Assembly: GCA_002269645.1 (NCBI GenBank)
Contig: NIVC01000980.1
Span: 186,001-250,000 of the forward strand
Direction: 5' to 3'
Length of the DNA: 64,000 nucleotides
From: Macrostomum lignano
Taxonomy: Eukaryota
Numbering within the stretch: the stretch's first letter is position 1; the number at the start of each line of letters is the position of its first letter. Under the pieces are notes generated by a model. The model had not been told where the DNA came from and ran no database searches. It saw only the letters and a program-made list of their open reading frames with translations. Shown here piece after piece: positions 1 to 12,745 of this stretch. Position numbers and translations under genes: made by a program.

Positions 1-590
<590 letters not shown>

Positions 591-600
591 ACAGACTCAC

Positions 601-3600
601 CTTGAAGTCCTCATCCCGGTCCAGGCGGCTCAGCCCAGCCTCCGAGTAGCCCACAACCTGCAGCTTCAGCGAGCCGTTCTGCGTTCCGTCGGCATCATAG
701 GTGATCTGCGGAGCAGTTGAAATCGAAAAACAACGAGGTTTGTTTTTATTCCTTTAGGTAAGTATGGAGATAGAAATCGTGTGATTAAGCTCACCGACAG
801 ACTGGTCGGTTCCAGCTGCATCCAGTTGTCCATGGAGTCGTTCAGGTGGACCTTCAGCACGCTTGAATCGTCTGGGCTGGCTGTAGTAGCAAAATTAAAA
901 AAAGCAATTTCAATTTTTGCCCCTTTGAAATCTCTCCCGGCTCTCGCCCTATAATCCGCCCTATTATCCGCCCCGTAATCCCCCCTATTATCTGCCCCAT
1001 AATCTGCCCAATAATCCGCCCCATGATCCGCCCTATTATCCGCCCCATAATCCCCCCTATTATCCGCCCTATCATCCGCCCCATAATCCACCCTATCATC
1101 CGCCCCATGAACCGCCCTATAATCCGCCCATAATTCACTCAAAAATCCACCCTATCATCCGCCCCATGATCCGCCCTATCATCCACCCCATAATCCACTC
1201 AATAATCCGCCCTACTATCCGCCCTATCATCCGCCCATAATCCACTCAAAAATCCGCCCCATAATCAACCCTATCATCCGCCCACCGCCCTATAATCCGC
1301 CCATAATTCACTCAATAATCCACCCTGTCATCCGCCCCATGATCCGCCCTATCATCCACCCCATAATCCACTCAATAATCCGCCCTACTATCCGCCCTAT
1401 CATTCGCCCATAATCCACTCAAAAATCCGCCCTACTATCCGCCCTATCATCCACCCCATAATCCGCCCTACTATCCGCCCTATCATCCGCCCATAATCCA
1501 CTCAAAAATCCGCCCTACTATCCGCCCTATCATCCGCCCATAATCCACTCAATAATCCGCCCTACTATCCGCCCTATCATCCGCCCATAATCCACTCAAA
1601 AATCCACCCCATAATCCGCCCCATTATCCCCCTGTTGCACCCCCCTCACCGAAGCTGAACTGGTGGCTGTAGACGCTGTCGGCCATCCGCAGCTCCAGCA
1701 CGGCCGGCCCGGCGGTCAGCGACGGCGGCACCTCGCAGGCCATGAAGGCGGCTCCACAGCGGTCGCAGCGGACAGCCGGTCGCTGAGCCAGAAGGCTGCC
1801 GCCACTGGTGGTGATGCGGCAAACAGCACCAGACGCTGAACTGTCGTCCGGACAGCGGCCGGACAAAATGGCCGAGCTGCCACCAAGCACGGAGTCGCTA
1901 TACAGACTGGCCGAAAGTGTCCGGTCACCTTGCTTGGTCGGATCATCGGACAGGCAGCCGCCGCGTTTTGGCGGCCACGAGTCGACCCGGTAGATGAAGC
2001 GGCCGAGGCTGCGGTCGGCCAGGCCGGAGGTGCTGGCCAGGCGGCCGACGTCGGCACCGGAGAAGGGCAGCGACAGCTGGTCGTGCGAGTTGCCCCTGGT
2101 GAACATGGCCTGAAGCCGGGCAGCAAAGATATGGATTTAACGGATTGTACGCGAGATTAATGATTCCTGACAACTTCCCTTTAGGTGTCCCTCCCCGCCC
2201 TCATTGTGTCCTTCCCCATCCTCATTGTGTCCTTCCCGCCGTCATTGTGTACTTCCCCACCCCATTGTGTCCTTCCCCTATCCCCATTGTGTCCTTCCCC
2301 TATCCCCATTGTGTCCTTTCCCTATCCCCATTGTGTCCTTTCCCTATCCCCATTGTGTCCTTCCCTATTCCGATTGTGTCCTTCCCCACCCCATTGTGTC
2401 CTTCCCCACCCCCATTGTGTCCTTCCACATTCCCATTGTGTCCTTCCCCGCCCTCATTGTGTCCTTCCCCACCCCCATTGTGTCCTTCCCGACCCTCATT
2501 GTGTCTTTCCCCACTCCATTGTGTCCTTCCCCACCCCATTGTGTCCTTCCCGACCCTCATTGTGTCCTTCCCCATCCTATTGTGTCCTTCCCCACCCCAT
2601 TGTGTCCTTCCCCTATCCCCATTGTGTCCTTCCCTATTCCGATTGTGTCCTTCCCCACTCCATTGTGTCCTTCCCCACTCCATTGTGTCCTTTCCCACCC
2701 CATTGTGTCCTTCCCCACTCCTTTGTGTCCTTCCCCACCCCATTGTGTCCTTCCCCACCCCATTGTGTGCGTCCCCACCCCATTGTGTGCTTCCCCACCC
2801 TCATACTTCATCAGCAGCATCCCCAACTCACTTCGGCATTGATTGACAAGTGCTTGACAAACTGGACAAGGTGATAGTTGAATAGCACGTAGGTGCTTGA
2901 CGTGCCGAATATAAACGCCACTTGAAATGTGTTTACCTGAAGCGGTTTGATTGAGAATTTTTTGATAACTATTTAGCTAAAGTCACTAAGGGAAGCGTTA
3001 TCACCTGAAGGGGGAAATCTCACCTGAATATTTGAATTTCTCATTTGAATAGGGGAATATTTCTATCTCTTTGTAAAGCATCTACCAGGTTCCCTATTCT
3101 GTACATATTATTAGTGCATGAATATTTTAAATGAGTAGTCATGGGCCATACCAAACTTGGACTCGCTGTGCCCTTCTGATCTTCCCAAGTGAGCAGCTGG
3201 CCGCTCCGGGCGGTGAAGTTGGATTCCAGCCAGAAATTCTCCCGCACAAGTAAACTCATGTTGTTTAGAAGTTCTCCTGTTATGCTTGCCATGTACGCTT
3301 TTTGAGCTTTGTCTAAATTTGACTGAATGGACAGCTCGACAGGTTGAATCAAGTTGACATTCGGAACAACACCTTTGTCAAGAGGCAGGTTGTCCATGAA
3401 TTCCTTGCCTATTGAAATTCGTCCGAAAGGAAGATTCATCTGCAATAATTTTTGGGTAATTATGATTCAGCGGAAAAGTACATATGCTGGAACCCTGGAA
3501 TGCAGCTTTAAAGCCTATGTAATTTTTGGTTGTTATATTTACATGCATTGTTACAAGGCCAGACGAAATTGTTGCTCTGCTTAGTAGAAATTTAACCCAG

Positions 3601-4768
3601 TTGCGAGTGTACATTGCAGTGTACATTCAGTCTGGGCTATCGTGGATAGATTTTAGAGTGGAGCAGAAAGAACTGTGTGGGACGAGCCTTAACTGAGCCG
3701 CGAGTGTACATTGCGGTGTACATTTAGTCTGGGCTATCGTGGATAGATTTTAGAGTGGGGCAGAAAGAACTGTGCGGGACGAGCCTTAACTGAGCCGCGA
3801 GTGTACATTGCAGTGTACATTCAGTCTGGGCTATCGTGGATAGATTTTAGAGTGGAGCAGAAAGAACTGTGTGGGACGAGCCTTAACTGAGCCGCGAGTG
3901 TACATTGCAGTGTACATTCAGTCTGGGCTATCGTGGATAGATTTTAGAGTGGGGCAGAAAGAACTGTGCGGGACGAGCCTTAACTGAGCCGCGAGTGTAC
4001 ATTCAGTCTGGGCTATCGTGGATAGATTTTAGAGTGGGTTAAAAATAACCGTGGGAGGATATCAATTTAATCAAGAGAGAGTTGCTGGGAGGCCATGTCT
4101 CAAGAGGGATACTGACATCTTAGGCTATAAAGTTTGATTTCAGGGATAATTAATGCTTTTCTGTCTTTAGCATCTTAATCTCTATGAGACTACTAAGGGT
4201 ATTATAATTTTAGCGTCATTCTTCTTGCCCCCGAGTTTTTGGTTTTTTTATTTAAAAGTTCTTTTTTGTATTTGCTGTCCACGCAAAGGGTGGTGAACAT
4301 GGCTGTTTGCTATCCAGAACATATTTTGAGAATTTAAGAAAAACACTTGCATATAGGATGGTGCCGGCGGGGTAGTCCGTGCCGAACACGCGAAATGGCT
4401 GATCGATTTTCACCTGGCCATGGCCAGTGGTATCCAGCTCGCCCTTCGGCTCGATCAGTGCGGATAGGGCGAGACCTTGAATTAAAAATGCTGGCAGATT
4501 AATAAGGAGCAGCTAAAATCCCAGCTAATGCCACCCGAATTATCGACGATTGCTCCGACGAAAAGTCTCTAAAAAACCGGAGTTGGGTACTCTCAAAAAC
4601 CCGCTTATAGATCGCTTCGTTTCCAGGAAATGATATTTGAAGGCTCAACTTCCTCAAATATACATTGTCATCATGACCTAAGTATTCCTATCTCGGCCTC
4701 CCACACTTCCAACCCGAGCACTCACCGGACAAGCAGATCAACAGAATCCATCCGACAATGTGCCGCAT
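601..4768 (-). CDS. mesh/SUSD2/MUC4-like extracellular protein (signal peptide + NIDO + IPT/TIG); 5' part, continues beyond left window edge
   Basis: Seven phase-consistent exons: 4768-4726 (MRHIVGWILLICLSG, signal peptide), 4475-4351 (PFRVFGTDY..LY, GC donor), 3439-3152 (MNLPFGRISI...LLTWEDQK), 2936-2832 (VNTFQVAF..YVLFNY), 2109-1650 (GRFIYRVD end of NIDO; SVLGGSSAILSGRC..VCR..ACEVPP IPT-like), 880-795, 705-601 (ITYD..LQVVGYSE, like the LWGYxE motif of SUSD2/mesh). Family assignment is from recalled motifs, not a search. Confidence 0.8.
955..1625. repeat. Degenerate ~12-bp minisatellite (ATCCGCCCTATC / ATAATCCGCCCC), intronic
   Basis: Fills the intron between exons 1650 and 880. Confidence 0.9.
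2190..2800. repeat. 20-22-bp minisatellite (CCCATTGTGTCCTTCCCCAC), intronic
   Basis: Fills the intron between exons 2832 and 2109; source of ORF-track artefacts. Confidence 0.95.
3603..4020. repeat. 97-bp tandem repeat, ~4.3 copies, intronic
   Basis: GCGAGTGTACATT recurs at 3603 and 3700 and in further copies. Confidence 0.9.
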
Positions 4769-6219
4769 TTTCAAATTGTCTATCAATATAACTTTACTTG
4801 CAAAAACTCTTTGCCGAAGAGAGATTTTTTATAAAGAGAAAATCGGAACTGTTAGACGAAACTCCGCCCAGAAAAACTTGAGCCGACTGCTTATTTAAGC
4901 TCGAAGCCGCCGAGGCAACAGCCAATATGCGCATGTAGCCTATGCTCTGCCGCTACAGAGATAAGGCGGAGAGAAGGGTCAGTGATTGGCCTGCCTCACC
5001 CACCGGGCGCCAGTGCATGCTCAATGGCTAGGATCTCAGCCGGCCAAAGCTCTTATCTCAGATCTGCATGAGCTGGTTTCTGCGTCTGACTGTAGGAGTT
5101 GCTATTCCATTTTTTGTATCCTCCCAGCTACGTGTATAGTGGGTCAAGATAGGGCGCTTGCGCCCCGCATGCATTGCTTAAGAGAGTCAATTGCTGAGTC
5201 ACCGACAAACAAATCTGAGGTGTTTGCTTAACTGGCCAACGGGCCCACACTTATCTGAGCCTCACCGGCGGCCAGGTGTGCACTCAGATCTACGAAATTC
5301 TGTCCAAAATAAGCCTAATGATTCTGTTAGCCTTTACTCTATTAGCTGCATTTGGCTAAAAACAATGCAGAAATTAATTTTGTAGTGTAAAAAACTGAGG
5401 TATAGAAACCCAGGCGCCACACCGCTGCGCGTGTGTGCGGTGCATTTAAATTGCGATATTGTCTGGCGGAGACTCGCATACCAACTGCATTTTGCGTTCG
5501 ATATTCGAAGCCATGTATGGAAATTATTTGACGGCTTATTGCGATTATTAATAGCGCAATTAGATACATTAAGCTGAGACTTAACAGTGATTGAATGTGT
5601 TTTCTGGTATGCTTGCTTTGGCCTTTGGAGTCACCCCACCACTCAGCCATTCCCCCATTCACTCCCCCATTCCCCCATTCACTCCCCCATTTCCACATTC
5701 ACTCTCCCGTTCATCCAATCACTCTCCCATTCCATAATTCACTCTCCCATCCCCCATTCACTCTCCCACCCCTTAACTCCCCTCCATTCTCTCACCATCC
5801 ATCTCACTAGCAGCGCAGCCAATACCGGATTCACGGCTTCACTAGTCTGGAGCCAGAGTTTTAATTACGGTGCAGAAAAAGCCGCTGCAAACGCATTTAG
5901 TTGAAAAGTCGTTAAATTTACTTTGCAATGGATACATTCAATCTGATTTAAATAGTTTCCATAAGAGTTTCTCACGGCCTAAAGCTTTCTCGAACAAGAT
6001 TTTCATTAAAAAAATGAATGTGTGCAGTTTGGAACAAAATTTATGTCTGCTTCTTAGCATAATTACATTACACACGGTGCACACTGTAGGGGTAAAAGTA
6101 ACTTTATTAGTAGCGCACAATATACGCGGTTAGAGATATAGGGTCTGCTACTACTGAACTCTTGTACGTAAAGCGTGTGTTTCACAGTGACGATAATAAA
6201 ACTATAGACATTGTGGCCA

Positions 6220-7260
6220 ACCATAGACAGTGTGTGCAATCATCAGCTGTGATCAACCATAGACAGTGTGTTCAATCATCAGCTGTGACGAACCATAGAC
6301 AGTGTGTGCAATCATCAGCTGTGACCAACCATAGACAGTGTGTGCAATCATCAGTTGTGACCAACCATAGACAGTGTGTGCAATCATCAGTTGTGACCAA
6401 CCATAGACAGTGTGTGCAATCATCAGTTGGTAGGCAATTATCAGCTGTGACGAACCATAGACAGTGTGCAATCATCTGCTGTGACGAACCATAGACAGTG
6501 TGTGCAATCATCAGTTGGTAGGCAATTATCAGCTGTGACGAACCATAGACAGTGTGCAATCATCAGCTGTGACGAACCATAGACAGTGTGTGCAATCATC
6601 AGCTGTGACCAACCATAGTGTTTGCAATCATCAGCTGTGACCAACAATAGACAGTGTGTGCAATCATCAGCTGTGACTAACCATAGACAATGTGTGCAAT
6701 CATCAGCTGTGACCAATCATAGACAGTGTGTTCAATCATCAGCTGTGACGAACCATAGACAGTGTGCAATCATCAGCTGTGACGAACCATAGACAGTGTG
6801 TGCAATCGACAATTGTGGCCAACCATAGACATCCTGTACGTGTGCAATCATCAGCTGTGACTAACCATAGACAATGTGTGCAATCATCAGCTGTGACCAA
6901 CCATAGACAGTGTGTTCAATCATCAGCTGTGACGAACCATAGACAGTGTGCAATCATCAGCTGTGACGAACCATAGACAGTGTGTGCAATCGACAATTGT
7001 GGCCAACCATAGACAACCTGTACGTGTGCAATCATCAGCTGTGACGAACCATAGACAGTGTGCAATCATCAGCTGTGACGAACCATAGACAGTGTGCAAT
7101 CATCAGCTGTGACGAACCATAGACAGTGTGCAATCATCAGCTGTGACGAACCATAGACAGTGTGCAATCATCAGCTGTGACGAACCATAGACAGTGTGTG
7201 CAATCGACAATTGTGGCCAACCATAGACAAGCTGTACGTGTGCAATTATCAGTTGTGACC
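6220..7260. repeat. 34-36-bp minisatellite (AACCATAGACAGTGTGTGCAATCATCAGCTGTGACC)
   Basis: Directly visible tandem array. Confidence 0.95.
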
Positions 7261-7591
7261 AGCTTTGATTGTACCTAGCGGTATCGACATAAAAAGATGA
7301 TTAGCAAACATGCTAATGCTTTAATAGGTAAGAATCTATGATCAAGTCATTCAGAGACGCCCATATTGTAAGAAAATTTGTTTGCATTTGCGCCCTACTC
7401 CATCGCGATAAGCTGTGTATTGCAGAGCTAGGAAAATGCTTTTTCAACTCTGTTGCAGAAAAAGAACTTGTCACCTATTCGCAAATAGGAATCCAAATGT
7501 ATGTATGCACACGAGCGCAGGCCACACGCATATTTAGCAATATAAGTAAAAGGTCTACATTTAAACGCACAAATTCTGATCGTATAAAAAG

Positions 7592-8363
7592 CTAAGATGC
7601 AGATGATTCAACAGTCAGAAATTGTATTTGTTGCCTTCGTTCTGCGGCTGGCAGACAGGAGGCTCAGATTGCACTTAGGATTGCTGTTGCTACTAACAGT
7701 AGTCTAGGCTGCTGAGAGCTAACTTTTGAATACCAATCAGACTACTTAACTACCCAGCCAGACTACCAGCCAGACTACTATCCAGACTACTTAACTACCC
7801 AGCCAGACTACCAGCCAGACTACTATCCAGACTACCAGCTTTCAGGTCGCCAGGCAGCGAGCCAGCAGTGACGGCCATTGCGCCCTGTAGGCCCAGCGAT
7901 TTGCAAGCGAAGTCGACGAAGCCAGGATTCCCGCCAACTGAGGGGTTCCCCTCTCCGCCAGGATTCCCGCCAAGGGGTTCCCCTCTCCGCCAGGATTCCC
8001 GCCAACTGAGGGGTTTCCCTCTCGCCAGAATTCCCGCCAACTAAGGGGTTCCCCTCTCCGCCAAGATTCCCGCTAAGGGGTTCCCCTCTCCGCCAGGATT
8101 CCCGCTAAGGGGTTCCCCTCTCCGCCAGGATTCCCGCCAACTGAGGGGTTCCCCTCTCCGCCAGAATTCCCGCCAACTGAGGGGTTCCCCTTCTCGCCAG
8201 GATTCCTGCCTATTGAAGGGTTCCCCTTCTCACCAGGATTCCCGCCAGCGAAGCAATCGACGAAGCAGCAGCGAGGCGGTAGGGAGACCAGATGAGCCAA
8301 GTGGTCAGCAGCAACACAGTCTTCATCACATAGCTTAGCCAGGAGGAAGCCGTGTGTGGAAGA
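7592..8363 (-). CDS. Tentative small unknown gene (3' exons), Cys-containing; no family recognised
   Basis: Phase-consistent candidate exons 8363-8234 (SSTHGFLLAKLCDEDCVAADHLAHLVSLPPRCCFVDCFAGGNP), 7937-7836 (VGGNPGFVDFACKSLGLQGAMAVTAGSLPGDLKA) and 7647-7592 (AAERRQQIQFLTVESSAS*). All junctions GT-AG; C/G-ending codon bias in the first two. Upstream exons not resolved. Confidence 0.4.
7921..8245. repeat. ~36-bp minisatellite (minus-strand unit GTTGGCGGGAATCCTGGCGGAGAGGGGAACCCCTCA)
   Basis: About 8-9 copies, some shortened by a few bases. Confidence 0.9.
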
Positions 8364-8439
8364 CTGGTGAAGAGGTTACTAACAGATATACTAATGTAAT
8401 GTTACGCCACTCGAGAGTGGGAGAATACGGGGTATCTTG

Positions 8440-8965
8440 TCACTGGAAAGGGGAATTCCTAAGATATCCCATTATTGGAAAGAGGATTCTTAAGACATCC
8501 CATCATTGGAAAGGGGATTCCCCAAGACATCCCATCACTGGAAAGGGGATTCCCCAAGACATCCCATCACTGGAAAGGGGATTCCCCAAGACATACCATC
8601 ACTGGAAAGGGGATTCCCCAAGCCATCCCATCACTGGAAAGGGGATTCCCCAAGACATCCCATGACTGGAAAGGGGATTCCCCAAGACATACCATTACTG
8701 GAAAGGGGATTCCCCAAGACATCCCATCATCATTAGAAAGGGGATTCCCCAAGACATCCCATCATCATTAGAAAGGGGATTCCCCAAGACATCCCATCAC
8801 TGGAAAGGGGATTCCCCAAGACATCCCATCACTGGAAAGGGGATTCCCCAAGACATCCCATCACTGGAAAGGGGATTCCCCAAGACATCCCATCATCATT
8901 AGAAAGGGGATTCCCCAAGACATCCCATCAATGGAAAGGGGATTCCCCAAGACATCTCATCACTG
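8440..8965. repeat. 32-bp minisatellite (GGAAAGGGGATTCCCCAAGACATCCCATCACT)
   Basis: Directly visible; internal GGGG-ATT-CCCC inverted repeat. Confidence 0.95.
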
Positions 8966-9489
8966 GAAAAAAAGAGGGTTTAGAGACACCGCATCAACCA
9001 TCACAGAAGGATAGAGATACGGACTTAATACTTATAAATAATTTAATTTGCATACTGTGAGTAACTCTGGAAGAGTTTGTTGCACGGAAAATGAAGTAGG
9101 AGCAGAACAGTTAAAGCAATAGTTGCTACAATTATTCAAACAGATTATCAACCAAAGCGAGTTGGGATTAAAATTTATTTTATTTTTGTTGCGGTTAGCG
9201 AATAAGAGCATAGTAATTGTACTCATTGATGGAGTTACAACACAAAATGTAAGTGAGCTGCACTGCAGTACAACGCAATGCAGAATAATAAAACGCGGCA
9301 CTTATAGAAAAAAACTAAGAAAATTTCTAGATCTTAAGAATTACAAAAAAAACAAATTTAAGATAAACGAATAACTTTTTACTACTTTGTTGTCAGATTT
9401 CCTACTACAATTAATTAAATGGGTAAAACTACTGAAATAGTGTAAATCTAGGTAAGCGAAATAAGAAATTGGAAATAAATGAAATCGGT

Positions 9490-10065
9490 TTGCCCAGCGA
9501 CTGAGGATCTGGGAAGCTGGCCCAGCAACTGAGGATCTGGGAGGCTGGCCCAGCAACTGAGGATCTGGGAGGCTGGCCCAACAACTGAGGATCTGGGAGG
9601 CTGGCCCAACAACTGAGGATCTGGGAGGCTGGCCCAACAACTGAGGATCTGGGAGGCTGGCCCAACAACTGAGGATCTGGGAGGCTGGCCCAACAACTGA
9701 GGATCTGGGAGGCCGGCCCAGCAACTGAAGATCTGGGAGGCTGGCCCAGCAACTGAAGATCTGGGAGGCTGGCCCAGCAACTGAGGATCTGGGAGGCTGG
9801 CCCAACAACTGAGGATCTGGGAGGCTGGCCCAGCAACTGAGGATCTGGGAGGCTGGCCCAACAACTGAGGATCTGGGAGGCTGGCCCAACAACTGAGGAT
9901 CTGGGAGGCCGGCCCAGCAACTGAGGATCTGGGAGGCTGGCCCAACAACTGAGGATCTGGGAGGCTGGCCCAACAACTGAGGATCTGGGAGGCTGGCCCA
10001 ACAACTGAGGATCTGGGAGGCCGGTCCAGCAACTGAGGATCTGGGAGGCCGGCCCAGCAACTAAG
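9490..10065. repeat. 28-bp minisatellite (AACTGAGGATCTGGGAGGCTGGCCCAAC)
   Basis: About 20 near-identical copies. Confidence 0.95.
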
Positions 10066-10288
10066 AATCTATTAGGCTAGCAGCCAAGTCAATGACCAAT
10101 CAATCAGAAACTACAGATCAAGTAACTACACATAGGTCAAGTCGCAACGCACGCACACAGCTAAAAATCAGTGTTCAGGATCAAAGTCTATTTCTTTCAA
10201 TTAGTCAACTATCCGTCTGAAAATCAATCAAAGTAAAATCTAAATTCCGCACAGTCAGCCGGCCGGTCAAGTCAAATTTCACATTCCT

Positions 10289-11278
10289 TCAATTATTCTT
10301 TCCCTGCTTCTTAAGCGAACGCTGCATAGTGGAGTACATAGTAGAGCACAGGACGTAGTTAGACACGCAGCTGGGCAGCAGGCTCATGAACAGGTACTGC
10401 AGCGAGTGGGACAGGCAGCCCAGACTCAGCTGCTCAACCCCCAGCAGATTGAGCGCCTCGCTAACAAACGCATCCGGACTCGGAGCAAAGAAGCTGGCCC
10501 GACGAATTTTAGACAATTTTGTAGCCACAAAGAACGGCGTGACAGTCTGCACAGTGACAGACTTCACCGCGCCACCCTTCGACGCCAGATGGCGAACCTC
10601 GGCGGCGACCGATTCGGAGAAATTCACAACATACGCCTTGCTGGCTGAGTAGGCAGACAGGAACGGAGTCGGCTGCAGGCCGCTGCCGGAGGCCACGTTG
10701 ATGACGGCGCCGCCCCGAGGCAGCATCCTCGGCAGCAGCATGCGAGTCATTCGGGCCACGCTGGAGCAGTTCACGTTCAGCATCGGCTGCAGCTCGCCAG
10801 CGTCTAGCGGCTTCGGGCCGCCGGCCAGGTAAGTTGGCCACGAGTAGCCAACGCCGACATTGTTCACCAAGCAGGCCACGTCGATGCCGGACAGCTCCCG
10901 CTCGATCCTGTCGTACACATCCACTTGGCTGAAGTCGGCCACGATGATGCGCACCTGCACGCTGTACTTGTCGCGCAGCTCCTTAGCTACATCGTCCAGC
11001 TTCTCCTGGGATCGGGAGATGAGCACAATGTTCAGCCCGTCCTTGGCCAGCAGGCGGGCGTAGGCCCTGCCAATGCCATCGGTGGAGCCAGTCACCACAG
11101 CCCAGCCGCCAAGCTTCTTCAGCTGACGGCGTTGACTCCAGAGCTTGGTGAGCACCAGATGGCGGAAGAAGATGCCCAGCAGAGGCAGTACAAAGTAGTA
11201 GGCAACCACGAATGCCACAATTGGTAGGCAGATTTTGCACAACTCGCAGTCCACCATGGCGATGGTAGTTGCATGCAA
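10289..11278 (-). CDS. HSD17B12: Short-chain dehydrogenase/reductase, HSD17B12/very-long-chain 3-ketoacyl-CoA reductase (KAR)-like; intronless CDS
   Basis: N-terminal hydrophobic anchor, WAVVTGSTDGIG (TGxxxGxG), GLNIVLISRS, LVNNVG, catalytic YSASK, VQTVTPFFVATKL, all typical of the 17beta-HSD12/HSD3 clade. True start may be the second Met (MVDCELC). Confidence 0.9.
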   Translation of the reverse strand: MHATTIAMVDCELCKICLPIVAFVVAYYFVLPLLGIFFRHLVLTKLWSQRRQLKKLGGWAVVTGSTDGIGRAYARLLAKDGLNIVLISRSQEKLDDVAKELRDKYSVQVRIIVADFSQVDVYDRIERELSGIDVACLVNNVGVGYSWPTYLAGGPKPLDAGELQPMLNVNCSSVARMTRMLLPRMLPRGGAVINVASGSGLQPTPFLSAYSASKAYVVNFSESVAAEVRHLASKGGAVKSVTVQTVTPFFVATKLSKIRRASFFAPSPDAFVSEALNLLGVEQLSLGCLSHSLQYLFMSLLPSCVSNYVLCSTMYSTMQRSLKKQGKNN

Positions 11279-12149
11279 AAGATGATTAATAAATAAAAAA
11301 ATCTATAATTTATAATTGTCATACTCAAACAAAGCATGCATCAAAAAGTTGCTAAGAATGCTATATTTAGAAAGGAGTGACCAGATTATTGTTAAAAAGA
11401 ACTATTAAAAATATATAAAAGAACTGCATAATGCATACTTCAGCACTAAAGCTTTAAGCTATATCAGCAAAATAATTGTAATAGCTTTAAAATGAATGTA
11501 AATTGATGCTATTGTTCATTGGATATTATAATACAATAAAATGTATTAGTGAATATATGCATATGATATCTAAAAGCTCTTAATTTAGATAGAACAGTAA
11601 AAAAAGTGATCAGTTGATAAGAATTGAGAGCCAGATACATTTGGCAAAATACAAATAATAGCTACATTTCTGCAACTAGGCTTATAATAACTAACAAGCA
11701 ATAGCAAGAGGTCCCAATATCCCATGTGATATTCTCATTGCAACCATCTATAGCACCACACTCTCAAATCACAATATACTAGAAAAAGTGACCCTCTTTA
11801 TTATAAATTCAATTTTATGCCAAAAAAACAAATTTACTTATGATATATATGCTAGCCATTATCAAAATACAATAAAGAACAATAAATGACCTTTTTTGTT
11901 GCAATATAATGGACCTTCTTTGCAGTGGGACAATAAAGGATCCTTACTTGCACTATAGAATTTTATCTTTTGTATGCCAACAACTATATCTGTGGCACAA
12001 TTTTTTAGTAGACTGTTCTACATGCCAGATATTTTATACCAACCATTTTTTGCATCCATTGTATACCAGAATTTTTATATATTCTAGTATATAAAATTGT
12101 ATATAAAATATATGTGTGTGTACATACATGCGTAACAGTTGGCCGATCT

Positions 12150-12745
12150 GGCGGCTAACCAATGTAAGTTGCAAAAATGCCCATCCAAATAAATGCCCAA
12201 GTAGTACTAAGTAGATGACGAGGCATTTTTTGTTTAAAAGACGGTTATAGTTACTCCTGCCGTTTACCCAAAGTTGCATTAATTTTGCTTTAGGTTTTTT
12301 GTTAGTTTGGTTAGTTTGTGCAATTGGGCAGACCTGGTTCAACCATTGAAATTGATGAGAGCAAATTCTTCAATTGGAAATAACATCCAAGGTGCCTGGA
12401 AGGAGGGTCATTGGGTCCTTGGAATGGTGGAAACAGGGACCAACAAGTGCATGATATAGTCAGGGTGCCTGATAGGACTGCCAATATTATGCTGCCTATC
12501 ATCCAACAGCATGTCCTACCAGGTACTAGAATCCTCATTGATAGTTGAAAAGCTTAAACTAGCTTGTCAACCATCAGTTTGTCAACTACTGCCTACATTT
12601 TGTAGACCCAAATGACCTGACCCTGCATACAAACACTATTGAGGGCATATGGGCTCACTGTAAAGCCAAGTTCTAGCAGCTTAAAGAGACTTTGAGTGAG
12701 CTCTTTGAGTCCTATATTCAGGAGTTCATATGACGGTATGCACAT
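12150..12745 (+). mobile_element. Merlin (ISXO2/IS1016-like DDE) DNA transposase pseudogene
   Basis: Broken-frame translation gives KDGYSYSCR (~12237), GRPGSTIEIDESKF (12327-12365), HWVLGMVE, VPDRTANIMLPIIQQHVLPGTRILIDS, HFVDP..LHTNTIEGIW and FESYIQEF, matching Merlin consensus motifs. Multiple stops and frameshifts; TIRs not located. Confidence 0.85.

Noticed and set aside
3378-3626. ORF with VTMHVNITTKNYIGF that looked like a NIDO-proximal exon
   Set aside because: No compatible splice sites; exon 4475-4351 joins 3439 directly (LY|MNLPFGRISI), which supplies that motif
8234-8330. Alternative frame MKTVLLLTTWLIWSPYRLAAA.. resembling a signal peptide
   Set aside because: The overlapping frame has better codon bias and consistent splice phases; cannot be fully excluded without transcripts
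11271-11283. TTTGCATG at the starts of both the SDR and PCBD genes as a shared start motif
   Set aside because: Only two instances in AT-rich context, and the SDR start codon is itself uncertain
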